This document shows positions 45,099 through 53,813 of a stretch of 53,813 nucleotides of DNA, in pieces. Below the pieces are notes generated by a model. That model did no database searches. It saw only the letters and a program-made list of their open reading frames with translations, and was not told the origin of the DNA. Each line of letters opens with the position of its first letter. Positions within the stretch are counted from its first letter, which is position 1. Made by a program: the position numbers and the translations under genes. The DNA comes from Actinomycetota bacterium. GTDB lineage: Bacteria > Actinomycetota > UBA4738 > HRBIN12. Location of the stretch: positions 1 to 53,813 of the forward strand of contig JBBQVZ010000002.1 of NCBI GenBank assembly GCA_038211015.1, written 5' to 3'.

Positions 45099-46238
45099 TC
45101 AGACCGGTCGGTGGGTGATCACGAAGCGGCCGACGCCGCCGATCCGCACGGTGCCCTCGCCCCGGGCCGTCACCGTCCCCTGCAGGCGCAGCCGGATGTG
45201 TCCTTCGCCCACCGCGATGCGGATCGTGCCGTTGCCTCGAACGCGAACGTTCGCAGAGGAGACGTTGTTCACCACACCTTCCCCACTGACCTTGACGTCG
45301 CCCGAGGCCACGATGTGCGCGAGGCCGTCGATGCGCAGGCGGATGTCGCCGGATGCTCGCAACCGGATGTCGCCGTCGGCGCGGACGTGGACGATGCCGT
45401 GGTACGTCCCGGGTTGGTCGCTGATCACGGGCTGGTCTCCCGACCCGGGAAGCGTGTAGCCGCCGAGGCTGCCCGCGACGATCTGGGTCCGGACGGGGCC
45501 GAGGTTCGAAAGGATCGCCACCAGGGCGATCGCCACCAGGGCGACCACGGCCGCCAGGACGACCACGGCGAGCAGGCGTCGGTTGTCGCCGGTCGCGGCC
45601 GCGCCGGGCGCCGTGTAGGTCCATGTTGGCGAGGCGATGTCTGACGGGCGCATCAGCACGTGCGGCAATGGCTCGGACACCGTGGTGGCTGCGGCCGCGT
45701 CTTCGGAACCCGCAGCGACGTCCGTGTCCTCCTCCTCCACGTCCGCCGGCGGCACCGCCGTTCCCGCGAGGACCGGTGCCTCTCGTGGCATCTCCGAAGG
45801 CACTTCCTGCTCTCGCGCCTCCTCCACGGGAGGAGCCTCGGGGACCACGATGACTTCCGGCGGGGCGACCCGAGGCCTGGGTGGCGCCATCACCGGGCCG
45901 CGACCCACCACGCGGGCCACGGTGCTTCCCAGCGAGGTCATGACCTCTGAGGGCTCCAGGCGCGCTTCGACGCCCACCGCGGCCACGCCTCTGGGCCACA
46001 CCAGGATCACCTTGGCCGAGGGCAGCACCTCTCTCATCATGCCGACCGCGCTGGCGTCGATGCCTTCGTCGAGCACGACGACGTCGGGGCGGTGGATCAC
46101 GAGCCGCTGTGCCAGCTCCAGGGTGGACGTCGCTTCGGCGACCACGTCGTACCCCTCGTTCTCCAGCACGAAGCGGAGCAGACCCTTCCGTGACGCCTGC
46201 CCTTCACCCACCATGACGCGGATACGTTGTTCACTCAT
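45099..46238 (-). CDS. atypical receiver-like domain / Pro-Glu linker / TM helix / beta-helix-type repeat protein
   Basis: IRVMVGEGQASRKGLLRFVLENEGYDVV...VVVLDEGID...KVILVWP, then TM LLAVVVLAAVVALVAIALVAIL. The C-terminus is a repeat: GDIRLRASGDIRLRIDG...SGDVKVSGEG...VRVRGNGTIRIAVGEGHIRLRLQGTVTARGEGTVRIGG. Confidence 0.65.
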   Translation of the reverse strand: MSEQRIRVMVGEGQASRKGLLRFVLENEGYDVVAEATSTLELAQRLVIHRPDVVVLDEGIDASAVGMMREVLPSAKVILVWPRGVAAVGVEARLEPSEVMTSLGSTVARVVGRGPVMAPPRPRVAPPEVIVVPEAPPVEEAREQEVPSEMPREAPVLAGTAVPPADVEEEDTDVAAGSEDAAAATTVSEPLPHVLMRPSDIASPTWTYTAPGAAATGDNRRLLAVVVLAAVVALVAIALVAILSNLGPVRTQIVAGSLGGYTLPGSGDQPVISDQPGTYHGIVHVRADGDIRLRASGDIRLRIDGLAHIVASGDVKVSGEGVVNNVSSANVRVRGNGTIRIAVGEGHIRLRLQGTVTARGEGTVRIGGVGRFVITHRPV

Positions 46239-46428
46239 GTCCCTCGGCCAGCCTAGTGGGGAGGCCGCCGCCGGGCGACCGACGAAGGTCCCGACCCCTC
46301 AACCGAACGACGGAGGCCGTTAGACCCGTCTTGGCTGCGTCCGCACGGGATGAGCCGTTCCTCCCGACGGTCTTCGGGGTCTGTCACAATGGCGGCCCGA
46401 AGGCCATCGACCTCACCCGAGAGGCGAC

Positions 46429-49400
46429 GTGTCGGACACGGTGGAGCGAACGAGCAGCGGTCAGACCTCGCACGCGGGCCAACGGCCCGCGGCCGCCGCA
46501 TCCGGCTCCGAGCCCCGTCCGGCGCTCGGGCCGCTCCTCGCGCTGATCGAGGAGCGGATCCCCGTCGAGCGCCGGGAGACGGTCGCCGCGTTCGCGAAGA
46601 CGTACCTGCGGCGTCTCGCCGACGACGAGCTCGCCGCCGCGCCGCCCGAGGAGCTCTATGGCCTCGTCTGCTCCACGTTCGACTTCGTCGATGGGCGGAG
46701 GTTGCAGCCCTGGGTCGTGCGGGTCTTCACCCCCGATGTCGCGACGGACGGATTCACGTCTCCCGGCACGGTCCTCGAGTCGAACGTCGACGACTCCCCG
46801 TTCCTGGTCGACTCCGTGACCGAGGAGCTCACCGCTCGGAACCTAGTCGTGCGGAGGATCTTGCACCCGGTCGTCGGCACGTCCAGAGACGAAGAGGGGC
46901 GGCTCGAGCGGATCTCCTCCGCACGAGATGCTTCGCACCGCGAGTCCGTCATGCACTTCGAGCTCGATCGGCGCTTGTCCGATGCGAAGCGCGCGGACCT
47001 GGAGGAACGCGTCAAGACGATCCTTCGCGACGTTCGGCTCGTCGTGCGCGACTTCGAACCGATGCAGGATCGCGCGCACCACATGCTCGAGATGGCGCGT
47101 CACGCCGCCGTGCGTTACTCGCCTCAGGAGGTTGGCGAGACGGTCGACTTCCTCGATTGGCTCCTGCAGCTGAACTTCGTCTTCTTGGGCTATCGCGAGT
47201 ACGAGCTGGCCGACACGCCGGACGGCCGGGCGATCAGTGCCGTTTCCGGTAGCGGCCTGGGCATCCTCTCGGACGTGAGTCGTTCGACGTTCTCCGAAAC
47301 GACGCTGCTCGATTCGCTCGATCCCGGGTTGCGACGAAGGATCGAGGACGGCGACCTGTTGGTCTTCTCGAAGACCAACGCCTACTCCACGGTGCACCGT
47401 CGCGCGCGCATGGACTACATCGGCGTGCGTCGCGTGAACGCCGAAGGCGAGATCGTCGGCGAAGCACGGATGATCGGTCTCTTCACCTCGAAGGCGTACA
47501 TGGAGCCGGCCGCCAAGACTCCGCTCCTGCACCACAAGCTGGAGCAGGTGCTGACGGCGGAGGACCTGATCCCCGGTTCGCACGACTACAAGGCCGCGAC
47601 GACGCTGTTCGAGTCGTTCCCGAAGGACGAGCTGTTCCAGGCATCGGCGGGCGAGCTCCGCCGTCTCATCGGCGGACTCCTCCAATTGGAACGGCACGGC
47701 GGTATCCGCGTGCTCGTCCGCCGGGACCTCTACGGCAGGAGCATCTCGATCGTCGTGGCGCTTCCGCGAGATCGCTTCAACGCGGACCTGCGCAAGAGCC
47801 TCCAGCAACTCTTCAAGGAGCGGTTCCACGGTTCCACGGTCGATTACCACCTGTCGCTCGGCGAGACGGAGAACGCGAGGATCTTCTTCACCGTGCACGT
47901 GGACCCGGGGATCCAGATCCCCGAGGTCCCCTACGAGGAGCTCGAGCAGGAGGTCGAACGGCTCGCGCGCACCTGGGACGACGACCTCAGGGATGCGCTG
48001 ATCTCGCGCGTGGGCGCCGATCGCGGCTCGGCGCTCGCCGACCGCTACGCGCCCAGGTTCCCCGAGTACTACAAGTCCAACCGCGACTGGGACCTGATCG
48101 TCGACGACGTCCTCAAGCTCGACGAGATGGAGCAGAACGACGAGGGGTTCGTGGTCGGTCTGGGGAACGAGGCCACCGGAGAGCGCCTCACGCGCGTCAA
48201 GCTGTACAAGACCGGCGGCAAGGTCGATCTCTCGGCCTTCATGCCGATCCTCGAGGCGCTCGGTCTCCGCGTCGTCGAGGAGGTGCCGACCGGGTTGCTC
48301 GGTGAAGGCAAGGTCTACATCCACGACTTCGGGGTCCTGGACTCGCGAGGCGCGGTGCTCGATCTGGAGCACAGCTCCCATCGGATGGAGGAGACCATCG
48401 TCGCCGTGTGGCGCGGCCAGGCCGAGTCCGACTCACTGAACCGCCTGGTCGTGACCGGTGGACTCGCCTGGGAGCAGGTGGGCGTCCTGCGGGCGTACCG
48501 GAAGTACCGCCAGCGCATCTCCACTCGGTTCACGGAGGAATACCGCAACGACGCGCTCGCCGAGAACCCGGTGATCGCATCCAAGCTCGTCCACTATTTC
48601 GAGACCCGCTTCGATCCCGACCGCGCGTCGACCGAGGACGAGATGGAAGCGATCCGCAAGGACATCCTGCAGGACCTGCGCCAGGTCTCTTCGCTCGACC
48701 AGGATCAGATCATCCGTCACATGCTCGGGACGATCCAGGCCAGCGTGCGGACGAATGCGTACCGGCCCGTCCGGGAGTCGTTGTCGTTCAAGTTGCGCTC
48801 CGGGGCCGTGCCGGAGATGCCGAAGCCGTTCCCGCTCTTCGAGGTGTTCGTGTACTCGGCCGAGATGGAAGCGATCCACCTCCGGGGCGGCATGGTCGCG
48901 CGTGGGGGCATCCGCTGGTCGGATCGCAGGGAGGATTACCGGACCGAGGTCCTCGGCCTGATGAAGGCGCAGATGGTCAAGAACGCCATCATCGTTCCCG
49001 ACGGCTCGAAGGGCGGCTTCATCCTGAAGCGGAACCCGCAGACGCCCGACATGCTGAAGGCGGAGGTCATCAAGCAGTACGTGACGTTCATGCGGGGGTT
49101 GCTGGACATCACCGACAACCTCGATCAGGGGAAGGTTGTGCATCCCGAACGGGTACGGGTGCTCGACGGAGACGACACCTACCTGGTCGTGGCCGCCGAC
49201 AAAGGAACGGCGACGTTCTCCGACACGGCCAACGGTGTTGCCGCCGAGCACGGCTACTGGCTCGGTGATGCGTTCGCGTCGGGAGGCAGCGCCGGCTTCG
49301 ACCACAAGGCGCTCGCCATCACCGCGCGGGGCGCGTGGGAGTCGGTGAAACGGCACTTCCGCGAGTTGGGGATCGACATCATGTCGACCCCGTTCACCGT

Positions 49401-51294
49401 GGTAGGGGTCGGCGACATGTCGGGCGACGTGTTCGGCAACGGGATGCTCCTGTCGCCGTTCATCAAGCTCGTGGCGGCGTTCGACCACCGGCACGTGTTC
49501 GTCGATCCCGATCCGGACCCGACGATCAGCTTCGAGGAGCGCCGTCGGCTGTTCGACGTGCCGGGCTCTTCCTGGAACGACTACGACCGATCGAAGATGT
49601 CGCCCGCGGGCGACATCTTCGATCGCAAGGCGAAGAGCGTGACGCCCTCGCGTGAGGTGCGCGCCGCGATCGGCATCCCCGACGACGCACCTGAGGAGAT
49701 GACGCCGAACGTCCTGATCAAGGCCATCCTGAAGGCGCCCGTGGACCTGCTGTGGAACGGCGGCATCGGCACCTACGTGAAGTCGACGAAGGAGTCGAAC
49801 GGAGACGTGGGCGACCGGGCCAACGACTCGGTGCGGATCAACGGTAACGACGTGCGGGCCCGGGTCGTCGGCGAAGGTGGCAACCTCGGGTTCACGCAGC
49901 TCGGCAGGATCGAGTACGCCCTCGGGGGCGGCCGGATCAACACGGACTTCATCGACAACTCCGCCGGCGTCGACACGTCCGACCACGAGGTGAACTGGAA
50001 GATCCTGTTGGGGCTCGCCGTGTCGCGGGGAGAGCTCACGTTGGAGGAGCGGAACGAACTGCTCCAATCGTGCGCGCCCGACGTGGTCGACCACGTCCTG
50101 TACGACAACTATCTCCAGGCGCAGATCCTGTCGCAGGAGCTCGACTTCTCGGTCGAGCGCAACGACGCGTACGAGGACCTGATGCAGCAACTCGTCGCCG
50201 ACGGCGAGCTTGAGCGCGAGGTCGAGTTCCTGCCCAACTCGGAGGAGATGCTGGAGCGGCGCGCGAACGGCCAAGGCATGGTGCGTCCCGAGCTCGCGGT
50301 GTTGCTCGCGTACGCGAAGCGTTCGATCGCCGCCGAGCTCATCGAGTCCGACTTACCGGATTCCGAATACCTGGAACAGAACGATCTGCGCCGCTATCTC
50401 CCGCCCGCGATCGTCGATCGATTCGGCCATCTGATCCCCGAGCACCCGCTGAAGCGTGAGCTGATCGCCACGATCGTGGCGAACGACGTCGTGAATTCGG
50501 CAGGGATCACGTTCGTCTCCCGGATGGTGACGGAGACCGGTTCGCATCCGGCAGACGTGGTGCGTGCGTATCGGATCGCGCGCGACGTCACCGGCGCGGT
50601 CGAGCGGTGGGAGGCGATCGAGGCGCTCGACGGCGTGATCGACCCACATGTGCAGGGGGACCTGATGCGAGGTGTGGACTACCTGGAGGAGACCGCGTCG
50701 CGTTGGTACCTGGTGCAGTCGCACGGCGAGCGACTGTCGGAGGCGATCGACGATCAGCGTGCGTCGTTCGCCGAGCTCTCCTCCCTGATCTGGCAGATCG
50801 GCCCGGAGCCGTGGCGCGAGGAGCACGAGCTCGACGTTCGGCGTCTGGTTGCGGAGGGTGTGCCGCAGGAGATCGCGCGACGGCACGCGTTCCAGGGCGA
50901 GTTGGTCCACGGTCCCGACATCATCGCCGTCGCCCACGCGGCGGGCTGGGAGGTGATGCAGGTGGCCCGCGCCTTCTTCATGGTGGGAGAGCGGGTCGGT
51001 CTCGACTGGCTCGAGCACCGCTTGGAGTCGCTGCCCGTCGGCACGCACTGGCAGCGATGGGCGGCCCAGTCGATGGAGGACGATCTGTTCCTGGTTCGTC
51101 GTCAGCTGGTCGAGAAGATGATCGCGGAAGCGCCAGAGATGGCGGTTGACGAGGCGGTTGAGGCGTTCTTCGTCCGGCGCGCCGAGGCCGAGGAACGCTT
51201 GCAGAGGTTCATCAAGAACCTGTCGGTCGAGGGCGTCACCGACCTGGCCCAGTTCACCGTCGCGCTGAGACAGGTGCGCACGCTGCTCGGATAG
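46429..51294 (+). CDS. gdh: NAD-specific glutamate dehydrogenase, large (about 1600 aa) bacterial type
   Basis: 1621 aa. The catalytic core RGGIRWSDRREDYRTEVLGLMKAQMVKNAIIVPDGSKGGF...AADKGTATFSD...GGSAGFDHK is typical of the giant NAD-GDH family. Confidence 0.93.
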   Translation: MSDTVERTSSGQTSHAGQRPAAAASGSEPRPALGPLLALIEERIPVERRETVAAFAKTYLRRLADDELAAAPPEELYGLVCSTFDFVDGRRLQPWVVRVFTPDVATDGFTSPGTVLESNVDDSPFLVDSVTEELTARNLVVRRILHPVVGTSRDEEGRLERISSARDASHRESVMHFELDRRLSDAKRADLEERVKTILRDVRLVVRDFEPMQDRAHHMLEMARHAAVRYSPQEVGETVDFLDWLLQLNFVFLGYREYELADTPDGRAISAVSGSGLGILSDVSRSTFSETTLLDSLDPGLRRRIEDGDLLVFSKTNAYSTVHRRARMDYIGVRRVNAEGEIVGEARMIGLFTSKAYMEPAAKTPLLHHKLEQVLTAEDLIPGSHDYKAATTLFESFPKDELFQASAGELRRLIGGLLQLERHGGIRVLVRRDLYGRSISIVVALPRDRFNADLRKSLQQLFKERFHGSTVDYHLSLGETENARIFFTVHVDPGIQIPEVPYEELEQEVERLARTWDDDLRDALISRVGADRGSALADRYAPRFPEYYKSNRDWDLIVDDVLKLDEMEQNDEGFVVGLGNEATGERLTRVKLYKTGGKVDLSAFMPILEALGLRVVEEVPTGLLGEGKVYIHDFGVLDSRGAVLDLEHSSHRMEETIVAVWRGQAESDSLNRLVVTGGLAWEQVGVLRAYRKYRQRISTRFTEEYRNDALAENPVIASKLVHYFETRFDPDRASTEDEMEAIRKDILQDLRQVSSLDQDQIIRHMLGTIQASVRTNAYRPVRESLSFKLRSGAVPEMPKPFPLFEVFVYSAEMEAIHLRGGMVARGGIRWSDRREDYRTEVLGLMKAQMVKNAIIVPDGSKGGFILKRNPQTPDMLKAEVIKQYVTFMRGLLDITDNLDQGKVVHPERVRVLDGDDTYLVVAADKGTATFSDTANGVAAEHGYWLGDAFASGGSAGFDHKALAITARGAWESVKRHFRELGIDIMSTPFTVVGVGDMSGDVFGNGMLLSPFIKLVAAFDHRHVFVDPDPDPTISFEERRRLFDVPGSSWNDYDRSKMSPAGDIFDRKAKSVTPSREVRAAIGIPDDAPEEMTPNVLIKAILKAPVDLLWNGGIGTYVKSTKESNGDVGDRANDSVRINGNDVRARVVGEGGNLGFTQLGRIEYALGGGRINTDFIDNSAGVDTSDHEVNWKILLGLAVSRGELTLEERNELLQSCAPDVVDHVLYDNYLQAQILSQELDFSVERNDAYEDLMQQLVADGELEREVEFLPNSEEMLERRANGQGMVRPELAVLLAYAKRSIAAELIESDLPDSEYLEQNDLRRYLPPAIVDRFGHLIPEHPLKRELIATIVANDVVNSAGITFVSRMVTETGSHPADVVRAYRIARDVTGAVERWEAIEALDGVIDPHVQGDLMRGVDYLEETASRWYLVQSHGERLSEAIDDQRASFAELSSLIWQIGPEPWREEHELDVRRLVAEGVPQEIARRHAFQGELVHGPDIIAVAHAAGWEVMQVARAFFMVGERVGLDWLEHRLESLPVGTHWQRWAAQSMEDDLFLVRRQLVEKMIAEAPEMAVDEAVEAFFVRRAEAEERLQRFIKNLSVEGVTDLAQFTVALRQVRTLLG

Positions 51295-51316
51295 GCCCGA
51301 CGGCCGGTTCGCGTCG

Positions 51317-51796
51317 TCAGTCGAAGGCCTGGAACGTCACCCAGTAGTAGCCGTCGACGTGCGCAACGCCGAGACCCACGTGGTGGAACCGCGGGTCGAG
51401 CATGATCCGGCGGGTTTCCGCTCGGCCGAGCCACGCGTCTCGGATCCCCTGAAGGCCGCGACCCTTGCCCAGGTCCTCGCCGAACACCGATCCTCCGACC
51501 CCGCGCACCAGGTCGGCGAGGTTCGGCGTGTGCGAGATCGTCCCGGCACTCCCCATGCGTTTGGAGTGCCGCAGGGCCTCCTTGCTGAGGCGAGCGTTGA
51601 TGCGTAGCTCCGGGAGCCCTCGCACCTCACGCGACCGGTTCACCAGGTTCAGCATCCGTCGCGCGAGCTCGTCCGCGGTCGGTCGTGGCGTCGATCGTGC
51701 GCTCGCGTGCACGGACGGGGCGACGAACGCCGCGCCGATCAGCGTGAGCAACACCATGCTCGCGGCCACGCGCGAGCGCGTTCGGGGGGAGGTCAT
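51317..51796 (-). CDS. secreted CAP/SCP (PR-1-like) domain protein
   Basis: Signal-like N-terminus. RLSKEALRHSKRM...HTPNL...GEDLG...MLDPRFHHVGLGV...YYWVTFQAF. Confidence 0.75.
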   Translation of the reverse strand: MTSPRTRSRVAASMVLLTLIGAAFVAPSVHASARSTPRPTADELARRMLNLVNRSREVRGLPELRINARLSKEALRHSKRMGSAGTISHTPNLADLVRGVGGSVFGEDLGKGRGLQGIRDAWLGRAETRRIMLDPRFHHVGLGVAHVDGYYWVTFQAFD

Positions 51797-51839
51797 CTCA
51801 CGCGGAGCCTACTGCGCGGGGAGCTTCGGGGTCCAGCAG

Positions 51840-52298
51840 CTAGCCGTAGAGCTGCAGGGTGACCCAGAGCCACCCTTTCGCTCGAACGACGCCGATCCCG
51901 GCAGAGCTGAACGCGGGGTTCAGCAGGTTCGTCCGGTGATGCATGCTCTGCATCCACAGTTGCTCGACCCGGAGGAGCGTCTCCGCGTACGCGACGTTCT
52001 CGCCCCATGTCCTGGCGTCGTACGGCCGCACGAGGTCAACGAGGTTCGACGTGTGGAACAACACGTAGCGACGTCCCATCTCGATGCTGTGGCGCAATGC
52101 CTCCCGCGAGAGACGCAGGTTCATGTGAACCGTGTGAAGGCCGTGCGCGTTTCGCGTCTGGTTCACCAAGCGCAGCATCTCGTTCTGGAAGCGCTGGGCT
52201 CGACCACCGGCGTGCGCGGCCTGGGCGGGAATGGTGAGTATGACCGCCATCACGAGGGGACCTGCGATCACGCGCACCAACCGTCGAAGGTTGGTCAT
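51840..52298 (-). CDS. secreted CAP/SCP domain protein (tandem paralog)
   Basis: RLSREALRHSIEM...HTSNL...GENVAY...LLNPAFSSAGIGV...LWVTLQLY, the same block order as 51317..51796. Confidence 0.75.
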   Translation of the reverse strand: MTNLRRLVRVIAGPLVMAVILTIPAQAAHAGGRAQRFQNEMLRLVNQTRNAHGLHTVHMNLRLSREALRHSIEMGRRYVLFHTSNLVDLVRPYDARTWGENVAYAETLLRVEQLWMQSMHHRTNLLNPAFSSAGIGVVRAKGWLWVTLQLYG

Positions 52299-52379
52299 GC
52301 TCTAAGAGCCTAACGACCGGAGACCTTGGACGCAAACACACCGGTCAGCACGTTGGAACATTCGGTACGGAACATGCGG

Positions 52380-52688
52380 TCAGGCTTTGTCGCGCAGCTT
52401 CTTCGGCGTGATCGATCGACCGACGAAGTGGATCGAGACGCCGAGCAGGACGGCGAACAGCGTAGTGATGAGCACGAACCCGATAACGATCGTGACGGGG
52501 TTCTCGCCCGCTCCCGGCCCGATCGCGCGCACGATCGCGTAGATCGTCAGGAACACGTACAGCACCACGACGAAGACGAACGACATCGTCGTGAAGAACG
52601 CGACGATGATGCCCCCGATCGCAAGGCCGATCCCTTTGGATCCGCCTCCACGTTCGTCCCGATCCTGGCTGCGTTCGCCTCCCGGCAT
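52380..52688 (-). CDS. small membrane protein (two or three helices), function unknown
   Basis: 102 aa with a charged N-terminus, then GLAIGGIIVAFFTTMSFVFVVVLYVFLTIYAIV and VTIVIGFVLITTLFAVLLGV. Confidence 0.5.
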   Translation of the reverse strand: MPGGERSQDRDERGGGSKGIGLAIGGIIVAFFTTMSFVFVVVLYVFLTIYAIVRAIGPGAGENPVTIVIGFVLITTLFAVLLGVSIHFVGRSITPKKLRDKA

Positions 52689-52740
52689 GGGCCGAGTCTA
52701 GCCGTGCCGATGACCCTTCAGGGACGGCCGCCTCCGACCG

Positions 52741-53514
52741 ATGGAGTTCCAGGAAGATCTCAGGCTACCGGAGCGCACGATGCAGACCGAAGAACGTGCA
52801 GTCTGTCCCTCCTGCGGTGGGGACAACCCGAAGGCGGCTGCCTTCTGTTGGCGCTGCTACGCGAACATGACGCCGACGCAGACGCCGGCGGGCCCGGGCT
52901 ACGTCGGCGGACAAGGTGCCGCCCGGTCCTTCGGCCATCCGGGCGCGCCGTTGCCGATCCAGCCGTCGATGCCCGCTCCGCCGCCGTCGAGGAGCGGGGC
53001 GTCGACGATCGCTCGGGTCGCGGTCACCGCGGTCGCGTCGCTCATCGCGGTGTTCGGTGTTCGATCCGTGCTGCATCACGGGCCGTCGCTCCCGGACATG
53101 GTGGCCGGCACTCCACGCATCACGACGCAGGAGATCAAGGACTTCGAGAAGGAGATGGTCGAGAACGGCAAACGTTCGGACCTGGACGTCGCGGCGGGCG
53201 CCTACGGCACCGGCGCGGTACCGACGTTCGTCGTGCTGTTGGTCGAGGGGCGAACGAACGAGGCCACCGACGACATCTTCAGCGAGTTCGTCGGCGGCAT
53301 GACGTCGGGCGGTGCCACGGTTGAGGCCAGCGCGACCCAGAGCGGCCAGCACGAGGGCGTGGAGTATCGGTGCGTTCCCGTGGTGGCTCCCCAGATCCAG
53401 GCCGCCGCGTGCATGTGGCGCGACGACGGCACGGTGGGGATCGTCTTCCGGCTCGATGCAAGCATCGACGAGACCAAGGACCTGCTCTTCCGGACGTACG
53501 ACGAGATCGCCTGA
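52741..53514 (+). CDS. zinc-ribbon / Pro-rich linker / TM / extracytoplasmic-domain protein, function unknown
   Basis: CPSCGG...CWRC ribbon, TM IARVAVTAVASLIAVFGV, and a globular C-terminal part of about 150 aa. The start may be ATG 52780 (MQTEERAV...). Confidence 0.6.
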   Translation: MEFQEDLRLPERTMQTEERAVCPSCGGDNPKAAAFCWRCYANMTPTQTPAGPGYVGGQGAARSFGHPGAPLPIQPSMPAPPPSRSGASTIARVAVTAVASLIAVFGVRSVLHHGPSLPDMVAGTPRITTQEIKDFEKEMVENGKRSDLDVAAGAYGTGAVPTFVVLLVEGRTNEATDDIFSEFVGGMTSGGATVEASATQSGQHEGVEYRCVPVVAPQIQAAACMWRDDGTVGIVFRLDASIDETKDLLFRTYDEIA

Positions 53515-53575
53515 ACAGACCCTTCATCGTCACGGTCGGGTGTGGCTCCGACGCGCGTGGGACACTGAGCGGGTG

Positions 53576-53813
53576 ATGGCGAGCGCATCGGAAAGCGGCC
53601 GGTGTCCGACATGTGGTGAGGGAACGTTGGTCGATGTCTCGTTCGATCTCCACCCGGCAGACCCCGATGCCGACGGCACGCAGGAAGCCGAGAGCCGCCA
53701 GATCGAGACGTACTCGTGCGGTCACACGGTCATCGGGCCACGGTTGTCCAGCGCCGACCAGGAGGCCATGACCGTCGAGCGCCGTACCTCGGACGAGACG
53801 ACGATGCCGGCCG
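53576..53813 (+). CDS. possible zinc-ribbon protein, 3' end outside window
   Basis: Frame open from ATG 53576 to the window edge (MASASESGRCPTCGEG...YSCGHTV...). It is not in the ORF track because no stop is reached. Support is composition only. Confidence 0.35.
   Translation, partial: MASASESGRCPTCGEGTLVDVSFDLHPADPDADGTQEAESRQIETYSCGHTVIGPRLSSADQEAMTVERRTSDETTMPA

Noticed and set aside
46843-50274. Two long minus-strand ORFs (46843..48381 and 48433..50274) inside the glutamate dehydrogenase gene
   Set aside because: Antisense to a 1621-aa protein with clear large-GDH motifs. These are compositional artefacts.
1-53813. Search for CRISPR arrays, tRNA/rRNA genes, transposases, integrases, phage genes, toxin-antitoxin pairs and long direct or inverted terminal repeats
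   Set aside because: I found no regularly spaced repeats, no cloverleaf-like or rRNA-like non-coding stretches (the longest non-coding gaps are under 200 nt), and no translated ORF with recombinase or transposase motifs. The repeats present are paralogous genes (cupins, CAP proteins, permeases, dehydrogenase/kinase pairs, sensor modules), not mobile elements.

Overview
This is a GC-rich, actinobacterium-like chromosomal segment, densely coding on both strands. I found no rRNA, tRNA, CRISPR array, transposase or integrase. All calls come from reading the supplied translations and DNA by eye, with no database search, so start codons and family names are provisional. About 45 protein genes can be supported. 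(1) Left end: amidase, FAD oxidoreductase, ilvD, thrC-like, a sulfonate/nitrate-type ABC importer (two permeases plus an ATPase, no binding protein), twin cupins and a secreted AOC-barrel-like protein. (2) A DeoR / nucleotidyltransferase-like / metallophosphoesterase / APC-permease unit. It is followed by two convergent pairs, each made of a dimethylglycine-dehydrogenase-type flavoenzyme and a choline-kinase-fold gene. (3) A frameshifted nucleotidyltransferase. (4) A branched-chain amino acid operon: promoter, Val/Leu/Ile-rich leader peptide, terminator, unknown 107-aa ORF, then ilvB-ilvN-ilvC-leuA-leuB-cimA-GNAT. (5) A long minus-strand string: serC, oxoamine-synthase-like enzyme, histidine kinase, TPR protein, MFS transporter, GGDEF-EAL protein, dacB. 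(6) A USP-USP-Rieske fusion, an amidinotransferase, and two atypical receiver-domain proteins, one with a TM helix and a beta-helix repeat. (7) The giant NAD-glutamate dehydrogenase, two CAP-domain paralogs and small zinc-ribbon or membrane proteins. The best candidates for undescribed biology are the duplicated dehydrogenase/kinase pairs with their upstream module, the polytopic membrane sensor module shared by the kinase and the GGDEF-EAL protein, the pseudo-receiver pair, and the unknown ORF between the ilv attenuator and ilvB.
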